Assembly: GCF_018398935.1 (NCBI RefSeq)
Contig: NZ_CP074694.1
Coordinates: 1,590,001 to 1,622,000 of the forward strand
Direction of reading: 5' to 3'
DNA: 32,000 nt
DNA from: Telmatocola sphagniphila
GTDB lineage: Bacteria > Planctomycetota > Planctomycetia > Gemmatales > Gemmataceae
The position numbers and the translations under genes were made by a program. The notes under the pieces were generated by a model, which saw only the letters and a program-made list of their open reading frames with translations, did not search any database and was not told the DNA's origin. Below are positions 8,422 through 16,799 of the stretch, piece after piece (the stretch's first letter is position 1; every line of letters begins with the position of its first letter).

Positions 8422-9582
8422 ATGACTTTTCGAAGATACTCCCCGAATTTGAAGAGCTTCTTCTCAAAGAAAATCGCTCCCTTAAATTCGGCGAGCAACG
8501 GCTCATCTTCCGCATCCTATTCTCTGGCCGCTCCCGTTAACTCGACTCGTAAACCATCGCTTCCCCCTCTCCGATTGGCGATCATAAGTACTCCGCGATC
8601 CGGAAATACCTGGCTAAGACACCTTCTGTCACGTTATTACCGCCTCGAGCAGGCCGCGCTTCACATAGTCAATGATCGTACCTTGGCGGGGCTACCGGAA
8701 AATGTCGCACTGCAAATTCATTGGCGGAAAGAACCGGGCTTCAGCCGACTTCTCAGCGATCAGGGATTTCAAATTGTTACCTTGGCTCGTCATCCGCTCG
8801 ATGTGCTGATTTCGATACTTCATTTTTGTCTTTACGATTATCAAACGGATAATTGGCTTTTAGGTAAGGGCGGTTCGGAAGAGGGCATTCGCACGGCTAT
8901 GCCTCGAAGTCGAGCGTTCATCGAATACTGTAAAAGCTCCCGGGCGTTCGAACTGCTATCGGTGACTTCGGATTGGTGGGAAAATAGTAACTCGATCTCA
9001 CTGCGTTACGAAGATCTGGTGAAAGATACCAGTTCGGCTTTGCTAGGAATTTCCGATCAGCTTGGTCCCCCACGCTGTCGATCTGTTGAGACCGTGCTTT
9101 CTGAATGTTCTTTAGGTAAGTTGCGTCAAACCAACGATACCAATCATTTTTGGAAAGGTCGAGCCGGTCTTTGGCGCGAGCTCTTGCCCAAAGCGGAAGC
9201 CGAGGAAATTCTCTCGGTTCTAAGCCCGATCTGTCAAAAACTCGGATATGAGTGTCATCCCGATCTTTCGCTGAGCGATCTCGCCGCGGATAATAATTGG
9301 ATTCGCTATGTCGGTACGGAACTGAAACAAACCCTGGAAGATTGGCGCGAGAAACACCTAATCGCCCACAATCATGGTCAATCTCTGACGCGTGATTTGA
9401 ATTTCGTTCGTACAGAGAAGCATAAATTGGAAGAGTACCTTCCTCTGGAAGGCTTTCCGATGAACGCCGCCCGAATGTTGCATAAGATGCGGCTCAAATT
9501 TTATGGGATCTTTCGGTTCCTTAAAGTGCCCCATGCTCATGTCACAAATCGATATGAACATGAGGACGCGCTAAAAAACTGA
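8422..9582 (+). CDS. sulfotransferase-family protein (cytoplasmic) with N- and C-terminal extensions
   Basis: 386-aa ATG ORF. It has a PAPS 5'-phosphosulfate-binding loop (STPRSGNTWLRHLL) and a 3'-phosphate motif (LARHPLDVLIS). There is no signal peptide. The leader of about 55 aa is Ser-rich, and a tail of about 100 aa looks helical. Confidence 0.8.
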   Translation: MTFRRYSPNLKSFFSKKIAPLNSASNGSSSASYSLAAPVNSTRKPSLPPLRLAIISTPRSGNTWLRHLLSRYYRLEQAALHIVNDRTLAGLPENVALQIHWRKEPGFSRLLSDQGFQIVTLARHPLDVLISILHFCLYDYQTDNWLLGKGGSEEGIRTAMPRSRAFIEYCKSSRAFELLSVTSDWWENSNSISLRYEDLVKDTSSALLGISDQLGPPRCRSVETVLSECSLGKLRQTNDTNHFWKGRAGLWRELLPKAEAEEILSVLSPICQKLGYECHPDLSLSDLAADNNWIRYVGTELKQTLEDWREKHLIAHNHGQSLTRDLNFVRTEKHKLEEYLPLEGFPMNAARMLHKMRLKFYGIFRFLKVPHAHVTNRYEHEDALKN

Positions 9583-9630
9583 GGCTGCAATTTCCTTTCG
9601 AGTTTCAACTCCGGCTTTAAGTGGTGCACC

Positions 9631-10341
9631 CTAAATCTCGGGATCCACAAAGGAAATTACAGGGATTTCTGTCTCAATTTGCTCTTCAGAATTTGCCAGA
9701 TGTCTGTTAAACCAGGACCTGGCGATATCTGCGAACTCTTCCATCGCTCCAGACTCGGTAAAACTGTGTGAGGCATAAGCCAGGATGAGAATTTCCTTGA
9801 TACATCGTAATTCACGATGAGATTTCTCATTCAAGTGAACCAGCATATCGTCGTAGCCGCCAACTACCAGCAGCACAGGAACCTGGATCGAAGACAGATA
9901 ACTTTCCGCCAGATCGGGCCGGCCCGCCCTCGCTACGATCGCGCGAATTTTTTTTGGCTCTTTGGCGCCCACAATTAGAGCAGCCCCGGCATGTCTTCCC
10001 TCTCCGCAAAGCCCTAAAGGCAATTCGCGAATGTCGGGATTTTGCTCAACCCAACTCAAGACGTAATGCAGGCGCTCCGCTAGTATCTCAATATCGAAAT
10101 TGGATTCGGAAGTTGTATCGTTCACTCCATCGTCCAGTTGGACTCGGAGCACCCCTAGATCCGATTACAGAAATGCCTGACATAGAAACCGGTCCTGTGA
10201 CGGCGATCCCTCCGGTGCTTCGCAATCCAAGAGGATTATTAGGCCGCGCGGATGATCTGGTAAGTTCAAAGCGGCTTTTAAGGAACGTTGACCAGCACAA
10301 ATATTTGCCGCGAATTCCGTATTTAAGGTAGATCGAGACAT
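9631..10341 (-). pseudogene. dienelactone-hydrolase-like alpha/beta hydrolase gene interrupted by an in-frame TAA
   Basis: ATG10341 is preceded by AAGGAG with an 8-nt spacer and opens a 58-codon ORF (MSRSTLNTEFAANICAGQRSLKAALNLPDHPRGLIILLDCEAPEGSPSQDRFLCQAFL). It ends at TAA 10167-10165. The same frame then continues as SDLGVLRVQLDD... into the 9631..10152 ORF. The joined product aligns end to end with the DLH-like hydrolase family as I remember it. This is a nonsense interruption, not a frameshift. Confidence 0.7.
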
Positions 10342-10415
10342 CGCTGGAACTCCTTTTGGGACGAATGTAATACTTTGACCAACGCAAGTCGCTCTCCGTC
10401 AATGCGAGAGTGGTT

Positions 10416-10907
10416 TTAGGCCGTACCCGTCGTCTGTTTCTTTTCCGTTGTCGCTGTGGCAGCTTTAGCCGGATTATTCGGAGCTTTGACCGTCAACACC
10501 GGACAGTTGGCTTTCCTTAGTACGTGCTCGGCCACGCTTCCGGTCAATAATCGCGTCAATCCGGTGCGACCGTGCGTTCCGAGTATGATCAAATCGCACT
10601 TCGATTGCTCTGCCACCTTCAGAATCTGCTCGGCCGCTTCCCCTTCTACGATTCGATGCTCGACCTTAATATTGGAGTCGCTCGGTTTCAGCCGGATCAA
10701 TTTTTCCTGAAGTAAGCTGGGATCCACAACTGGCGGCAAGGGAGGCATAAATACACCCTCCCCCGTCACGTACATCGACAGTTCATCCACATGAAGAAGA
10801 ATCAGACGCGCGTTGTAGTCCCTCGCCAGTGCACAGGCGAAATGGAAAGCATAATCCGAAGCTTCCGAGAAATCTGTCGGGTGAAGGATCGTGTTGATGG
10901 TTAACAT
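10416..10907 (-). CDS. universal stress protein (UspA family, ATP-binding type)
   Basis: 163-aa ATG ORF with a GGGAG Shine-Dalgarno. The N-terminus reads ILHPTDFSEASDYAFHFACALA...LILLHV. The C-terminal motif G-x2-G-x9-GS is present (GTHGRTGLTRLLTGSVAEHVLRKANCPVLTV). Confidence 0.9.
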   Translation of the reverse strand: MLTINTILHPTDFSEASDYAFHFACALARDYNARLILLHVDELSMYVTGEGVFMPPLPPVVDPSLLQEKLIRLKPSDSNIKVEHRIVEGEAAEQILKVAEQSKCDLIILGTHGRTGLTRLLTGSVAEHVLRKANCPVLTVKAPNNPAKAATATTEKKQTTGTA

Positions 10908-11481
10908 CTGATCTCCCTGGTAAAAATGTTGTCACTCGGAACTATCCAGAATGTCTGCAATAAGTACGTGGTGTTGGAATCACCAAGAATCGAAGCTCAT
11001 TCTGCGTTTCAGGTTTTCAGCAGATTAACTGAGGGCAATTTGAATGCCAAAAAAGAAGAAAAGCCTAGGTTTGGATGAATCGGTCCTAACAGCGATTTTT
11101 AGATCTCATTCTCGCTCGCCTCTCAATTACACCCATCATTGCTAATACTCTCTTCAAAAGGTATTTTATGCCGGGAGTTGAACTTTAGACGGAATCAAAA
11201 GTCTGAAATCTTTTTTCGATTGGGACACAAATGTGAGAAATAGATCGTGATGTCGTGGTCATCACGGGCAGTAAATTGCTACATTGGATTTTATCATGAA
11301 ATTACCTTTCGTTTTTCTGTGATAAATGCGAACACTGGAAAAGGCCTTAATAATCTGCTCAGTTCCAGAACTAGCCGTCTCGAATGCTACAGTTTAACGG
11401 AGTCGGCAATTACACAGACGTGTTTTCTAGTTTCCTGGCTTCCAATTTTTGGCAGCCCAACGCATTGAGTGATTTCCGCTA

Positions 11482-13026
11482 ATGAACTTAAAGAACGCGG
11501 TTTCTGTGGCCTCTGAGCTGGAAGGGACCTTCCATTCTGTTTTGCAGGAATTCGGATATCGCGGGATGCTTGACGAAGTCCCAGATGCACTCATACTTCG
11601 CGATTCGAATGGTAACATCCTGTTTGCGAATAGACAGGCCGAAATTCTCTTCGAGTACTCTCAGTCGGAATTGCTTAGCATTTCCTTCAGGCAGCTAATT
11701 CCTTCCTTGCAGGATTCTTCTCAGCTTCCGGCTGACTCGATCTCTCTTCTGCAATTGCCGCCAAGGGAGAACAACTCCGAACTTGCGGGAATTACCAAAA
11801 GCGGAAGAAACATTACGGTTGAAGTATGCTCTCGGAAGTTACCCGGTTCGAACACCCCTCTCACCCTTTTGTCGATTCGCGACGTTAGCAATCGAAAACT
11901 CTTCGAAGAGTCGACCCGGGTTAATCAGGAACGGTTCCGTCTGCTAGTCGAAAGCGTGCAGGATTATGCAATTTACCTACTTGATCCTCAGGGGAATGTC
12001 CTCAGTTGGAATACCGGAGCCGAACGAATTAAAGGTTATTCTTCTAAGGAGATTGTCGGAAAGCACTTCTCTCTCTTTTATCCCCAGGAAGCTCTGGAGC
12101 AGGATTGGCCTGCCCAGGAACTGAAGCAAGCCATCGCCCAAGGGAGATTCGAGGATGAAGGATGGCGGTTACGCAAGGACGGCTCTCGTTTTTGGGCTAA
12201 CGTCGTCATTACTTCTCTTTTCGAGGAAGATGGCAGTCTTAAAGGATTTGCCAAAGTCACTCGGGATCTCACAGAACGCAAGAAGCACGAACAGACCATT
12301 CAGGAGAAGAACGAGGAACTGGAAAAAGCACTTCGGGCTAAAGATCATTTCCTCGCCACGATGAGTCACGAGTTACGTACCCCGTTGAATGCGATTTTAG
12401 GATTTACGGGTACCCTTTTAATGCGGTTGCCTGGGCCTCTTACGCAGGATCAGGAGAAACAGTTACGTACGGTTCAAACCAGCGCGAAACACCTCCTGTC
12501 GTTAATCAACGACTTGCTCGATCTGGCTAAAGTGGAATCGGGGAAAATCGAACTCGCCTCGGAATGGCTTGTCTGCAGGGAATTGCTCCAGGAAATCCAT
12601 CGCTCAGTTCAATTAATGGCGGATGTGAAAAAGATTCAACTGGATCTAATCGTTTCTCCGCCCGAACTCCTCATTCGAGCTGATCGAAGAGCACTCCATC
12701 AGATTTTGCTCAATCTTATTTCCAATGCGATCAAATTTACTGAGAGCGGTCGAGTGGTCGTCGAAGTGCATCGACGAAACGTCGATAGTCGAGTCGAAAT
12801 TGAGTTCCGAATTTCCGATTCGGGAATCGGTATCGCCTTAGAGGATCAATCCAAGCTCTTTCGGGCATTCACCCAGCTCGACCACGGCCGATCGGGAAAA
12901 ATCGAAGGTACCGGCTTGGGGCTTTACTTCAGTAATAAACTGGCTATTCTTTTGGGGGGAAGAATTCAAGTTCAAAGCACTTCGGGTCGCGGCAGCACTT
13001 TTACTTTGATACTGCCCCAGGAGTAG
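11482..13026 (+). CDS. cytoplasmic PAS-PAS sensor histidine kinase
   Basis: 514 aa with no transmembrane segment. It has two PAS domains, the second reading VQDYAIYLLDPQGNVLSWNTGAERIKGYSSKEIVGKHFSLFYP...RKDGSRFWANVVIT. Kinase boxes are present: H-box MSHELRTPLNAILGF, N-box LLNLISNAIKFT, G1 DSGIGI and G2 GTGLGL. Confidence 0.9.
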   Translation: MNLKNAVSVASELEGTFHSVLQEFGYRGMLDEVPDALILRDSNGNILFANRQAEILFEYSQSELLSISFRQLIPSLQDSSQLPADSISLLQLPPRENNSELAGITKSGRNITVEVCSRKLPGSNTPLTLLSIRDVSNRKLFEESTRVNQERFRLLVESVQDYAIYLLDPQGNVLSWNTGAERIKGYSSKEIVGKHFSLFYPQEALEQDWPAQELKQAIAQGRFEDEGWRLRKDGSRFWANVVITSLFEEDGSLKGFAKVTRDLTERKKHEQTIQEKNEELEKALRAKDHFLATMSHELRTPLNAILGFTGTLLMRLPGPLTQDQEKQLRTVQTSAKHLLSLINDLLDLAKVESGKIELASEWLVCRELLQEIHRSVQLMADVKKIQLDLIVSPPELLIRADRRALHQILLNLISNAIKFTESGRVVVEVHRRNVDSRVEIEFRISDSGIGIALEDQSKLFRAFTQLDHGRSGKIEGTGLGLYFSNKLAILLGGRIQVQSTSGRGSTFTLILPQE

Positions 13027-13029
13027 CCC

Positions 13030-13860
13030 GTGCCTCTTCGAATTCTCGTCATAGAAGATAATGAAGCCAATTTGGAATTGATGCGTTACCTTCTGACTGC
13101 ATTCGGCCATCAGGTTCGCTTGGCTCGAAATGCCGAACTCGCATTGCCCCAGATATCGAAAGATGCTTTCGATGGAATCTTATGCGATATCCAATTACCC
13201 GGAAAAAGCGGCTATGACATCGCGAAAGAACTCAATGCAAACCCAGACCTTCGAGCTATTCCCCTCCTTGCCGTAACTGCGCTGGCCATGTCTGGAGATC
13301 GGGAGCGAATCATTGAGGCGGGCTTTAAGGGTTACATAACCAAACCCATCGATCCGGAAAGTTTCGTTTCAAACATCGAGGCCCTGATTCATTCTCTCAA
13401 ACCCGATTCCCGGTTGATTCCTGCAAGATTGGTCTCACAAAATACCGAAACCGCCCGCATCCCCCCGACGCTTCTGGTCGTCGACAATCAAAAAGTGAAC
13501 CTGGAATTGGCTTGCAGTCTGCTTTGCCCGCTGGGTTTCCTCGTCTTGACCGCCGAAAACATTCAGGAAGCGTTTCTTCACCTTCAAAACAATCTCGTAG
13601 ACCTCATACTCTCGGATATCTGCATGGCGAATGGAAGCGGATTCGATTTTATCCGAGAAGTCAAATCCCAAGCGAAGTATTCGAAAATTCCTTTTATCTT
13701 TCTGACATCGACCCAAACTAATTCCGTGGCTCGCACCAAGGGCTTGGCCTTGGGTGCGAATCGTTTTCTGTTTAGACCTATCGACCCGGAAATCTTACTC
13801 TCCGAAATCCAAAATACGCTCAACGAGCGAGGACTATTGCCCCCATGGCCAAAATATTGA
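13030..13860 (+). CDS. tandem receiver (REC-REC) response regulator without output domain
   Basis: 276 aa. The GTG start lies 3 nt after the kinase stop and is preceded by AGGAG. REC1 is canonical (IEDNE, D53 in LCDIQLPG, AVTA, K105 in ITKP). REC2 has VVDNQ, D196 in LSDICMANG and FLTS, but Arg249 (AGA, 13774-13776) in place of the conserved Lys (LFRP). Confidence 0.9.
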   Translation: MPLRILVIEDNEANLELMRYLLTAFGHQVRLARNAELALPQISKDAFDGILCDIQLPGKSGYDIAKELNANPDLRAIPLLAVTALAMSGDRERIIEAGFKGYITKPIDPESFVSNIEALIHSLKPDSRLIPARLVSQNTETARIPPTLLVVDNQKVNLELACSLLCPLGFLVLTAENIQEAFLHLQNNLVDLILSDICMANGSGFDFIREVKSQAKYSKIPFIFLTSTQTNSVARTKGLALGANRFLFRPIDPEILLSEIQNTLNERGLLPPWPKY

Positions 13861-16769
13861 TCATAGATGACCGCGTTGCCAATCGCGACCTGCTGGTCAC
13901 CCTTCTCGGTTATGGCGGTCACCATCTGGTGGAGGCTTCGGACGGATTGGAGGGGCTGCAGATTTGCCTTTCCGAAAAGCCAGATCTGGTTATCACCGAT
14001 ATTCTGATGCCGACCATGGATGGGTACGAATTCGTACGGAGACTTCGACTCGATCCTGAAATTGCCGAAACAAAAATTCTCTTTTACACGGCTCATTACC
14101 ACTTAGAGGAAGCGATCAATCTCGCCAAAAGTTGCGGCGTTCTCGAAGTTCTCAAGAAGCCGTGCGAACCGGAGGATCTTCTGCGCTCGGTTGCGTCGGC
14201 CCTGAATCTCGATTCTGCACTCCCCTCGATAACCTTGCAGCCGGACTTTGACGAAAACCATTTACGTCTTTTGACCAATAAGCTATCTCGGAATGTAGAC
14301 GAACTCCGCAAAACCAATCAACGCCTGGAGATTTTAGTTCAGCTCGGCGTGGAGTTGGGCTCGGAGAAAGATGCTTCCCGGCTTTTGCAAACCTTTTGCG
14401 ACTCTTCCCGAGAAATAGTCGGCGCGCGTTTCGCAGTAGTCGGCATCCCGAGTGGTGAAGGAGCGTATTACAGACATTTTTTTACCAGTGGTATGGATCA
14501 GGCGACGTCGAAAAAATTGAATCGCAACGAGGCCTTGACGGGAGCATTAGCCTCAGTAATTTCTACGGGCCGCTGCTTTCGAGCTGCCCGCGATTCCGGC
14601 TTTCACAACCTGGGACTTCCGGCATCCTTTCCGGCCGCCAAATCGATTCTGGTAGTCGCTCTCCTTTCTCCATTGCGAATCTATGGTTGGATTTGTGTTC
14701 TGGAGAAATTGGGAGCTGATACTTTTAGCGAGGAGGATGAGAGGCTGATAAAAATGCTGGCCACCCAGGTCGGTCGAACCTACGAGAACGGCAGTCTTTA
14801 CATGCACCTCCTCGATCATTCCGCCAAACTAGCTGAAGAAATTACGGAGCGTAAGCGAGTAGAAGCGGCACTGCGCGACAGCGCAGCGAGACTGCGCGAG
14901 GCCCAGCAGATTGCCCGCGTCGGAAACTGGAGTTGGGAACCGCATACCCAATCCACTCATTGGTCGGAAGTCCTCTTCGATCTCTTCGCTCTGGATCCTC
15001 AATCCACCAAACCCAGCTTTGAAAAATTCTTATCCGTCCTTCATCCGGAGGATCGGGAAACCGCTCAGAATCGGGTTAAAGCCGTCCTCTCGGGCCAGGA
15101 TGGATTTGCCGACGATTTGAGAATTTTACAACCCAATTCTCAGATTCTCTGGATCCATAGCCGCGCCTGTGCACGACGGGATGCCCAGGGACAATTAATT
15201 CTCCTCGAAGGGACAGATCAGGATATCACCGAGAGAAAACGGGCCGAAGTCAATTTGCAACGAACCGTTTTTCTACTCAAGGCGGTCGCCGATAGTACAA
15301 CGGATGCCGTTTTTGTTAAGGATAAGGAGGGAAAATATCTCCTCTTCAATCAAGCAGCTGCGGACTTTGTCGGCAAATCGATAGATGAAGTCATTGGTCA
15401 GGACGATTCGATTTTGTTCGATGCTCAAAGTTTTTCACAGATACGGGCTCGCGACTTAAGAGTGATGGAAACTGGGCGGGTCGAAACCCAGGAAGAGATT
15501 CTGACGGCCGCGGGGAAAACGAGAATTTACAACGCACTCAAAGCTCCCTTCTGGGATGCAAATGGCAAAGTCATCGGTGTGATAGGTATCTCCCGCGATG
15601 TAACGGATCAGCGTCAACTGGAAGATCAGTTACGCCAGGCCCAGAAAATGGAAGCCGTGGGACGGCTCGCAGGCGGGATCGCACATGATTTCAATAACTT
15701 GTTAACCGTTATCAATGGTTACGGCGAGCTCGTCCTGAGTTTGTTGAAAGCCAATGATCCCGCTCGGGAGATGATTCAGGAAATCGTGGGTGCGGGCGAG
15801 CGGGCCTCTTCGTTAACGCGACAATTGCTGGCTTTCAGCCGTAAATCGATCGTGGAGCCCAAAATCGTCGATCCTGTCAGTCTGGTTACCGATTTGGATA
15901 AACTCCTGCGACGGGTGGTGGGTGAAGATATCGAATTATCAGTCATGTCGAGTGGCAATGTAGGCGTCATCCAAATCGATCCGGGCCAATTCGAACAGGT
16001 GATAATGAACATGGTGGTCAACGCCCGGGATGCCATGCCTAAAGGGGGTTTTGTAACTATCGAGCTGCAAAATATAAACCTCGATGAATCCTACATCGGG
16101 AAACACCCGGATGCTATTTACGGTCCTCACGTCCTTATAGCGATTACCGATTCGGGAATCGGAATGGACGCCGTGACGCAATCCCGCATATTCGAGCCCT
16201 TTTTCACTACCAAAGGGGAGCATGGCACCGGGTTGGGTCTGGCGACGGCACATGGTATTATCAAACAAGCCGGTGGACAGGTTTCCGTTTACAGCGAATT
16301 GGGTAAAGGTACTACCTTCAAAATCTACTTACCTCGAATCGACAGCCCGGTTCAGACAACCAAGAAAGATTCCAAGCCGATTTCGCAAGGAAGTGAATCG
16401 ATTCTCCTGGTAGAAGATGAAGAGATGGTTCGCTCTCTGAGTAAACACATTCTAATAAGCTTGGGTTATCGGGTAACGGAGGCGACGAACGGTGAGGAAG
16501 CTCTAGCGTTAGTCGAAAAACCGGGTAGTTCTTTCCGGTTACTCATTACTGACGTTGTAATGCCCAAGATCGGCGGCCGGGAATTGGCCAATCAATTGAA
16601 ACAAAAGTTTCCCGATCTCAAAGTGCTGTTTTTATCCGGATATACCGACGATGCCGTAGTTCGGCATGGGATACTTCAAGCGGAAGTCGCCTTTCTTCAG
16701 AAACCTTTTACCCCGACTCTGCTGGCCGCGAAGGTACGGGAGACACTCGATAATACCCAAACCGGGTGA
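13845..16769 (+). CDS. hybrid sensor kinase: REC-GAF-PAS-PAS-HisKA-HATPase-REC
   Basis: 974 aa. The ATG overlaps the upstream gene by 16 nt (ATGGCCAAAATATTGA). The N-terminal REC reads IIDDRV...[13 protein letters not shown]...LKKP. This is followed by a GAF-like region, two PAS domains, H-box [18 protein letters not shown]-box [23 protein letters not shown], and a C-terminal REC (LLVEDEE...[13 protein letters not shown]...LQKP). Confidence 0.92.
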   Translation: MAKILIIDDRVANRDLLVTLLGYGGHHLVEASDGLEGLQICLSEKPDLVITDILMPTMDGYEFVRRLRLDPEIAETKILFYTAHYHLEEAINLAKSCGVLEVLKKPCEPEDLLRSVASALNLDSALPSITLQPDFDENHLRLLTNKLSRNVDELRKTNQRLEILVQLGVELGSEKDASRLLQTFCDSSREIVGARFAVVGIPSGEGAYYRHFFTSGMDQATSKKLNRNEALTGALASVISTGRCFRAARDSGFHNLGLPASFPAAKSILVVALLSPLRIYGWICVLEKLGADTFSEEDERLIKMLATQVGRTYENGSLYMHLLDHSAKLAEEITERKRVEAALRDSAARLREAQQIARVGNWSWEPHTQSTHWSEVLFDLFALDPQSTKPSFEKFLSVLHPEDRETAQNRVKAVLSGQDGFADDLRILQPNSQILWIHSRACARRDAQGQLILLEGTDQDITERKRAEVNLQRTVFLLKAVADSTTDAVFVKDKEGKYLLFNQAAADFVGKSIDEVIGQDDSILFDAQSFSQIRARDLRVMETGRVETQEEILTAAGKTRIYNALKAPFWDANGKVIGVIGISRDVTDQRQLEDQLRQAQKMEAVGRLAGGIAHDFNNLLTVINGYGELVLSLLKANDPAREMIQEIVGAGERASSLTRQLLAFSRKSIVEPKIVDPVSLVTDLDKLLRRVVGEDIELSVMSSGNVGVIQIDPGQFEQVIMNMVVNARDAMPKGGFVTIELQNINLDESYIGKHPDAIYGPHVLIAITDSGIGMDAVTQSRIFEPFFTTKGEHGTGLGLATAHGIIKQAGGQVSVYSELGKGTTFKIYLPRIDSPVQTTKKDSKPISQGSESILLVEDEEMVRSLSKHILISLGYRVTEATNGEEALALVEKPGSSFRLLITDVVMPKIGGRELANQLKQKFPDLKVLFLSGYTDDAVVRHGILQAEVAFLQKPFTPTLLAAKVRETLDNTQTG

Positions 16770-16787
16770 GGGGCAATTCTCACCCGG
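16762..16787. terminator. GC-rich stem-loop between convergent genes (likely bidirectional terminator)
   Basis: CCGGGTGAG (16762-16770) pairs with CTCACCCGG (16779-16787), giving 9 bp and an 8-nt loop. The left arm contains the TGA stop of the hybrid kinase. On the minus strand the hairpin is followed by TTTGGGTATTAT, which fits termination of the 16800..19721 gene. Confidence 0.5.
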
Positions 16788-16799
16788 CGATGCTGTATG

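Noticed and set aside
11450-11465. Sigma54-like element TGGCAG-N5-CGCAT about 30 nt upstream of the PAS kinase start
   Set aside because: The GG and GC dinucleotides are separated by 9 nt rather than the required 10, and the -12 region lacks TTGC. The spacing is strict for sigma54.
11247-11468. 73-aa ORF in the USP/kinase divergent spacer
   Set aside because: It lies in AT-rich DNA, has no ribosome-binding site and encodes an implausible peptide. It is most likely promoter or leader DNA.
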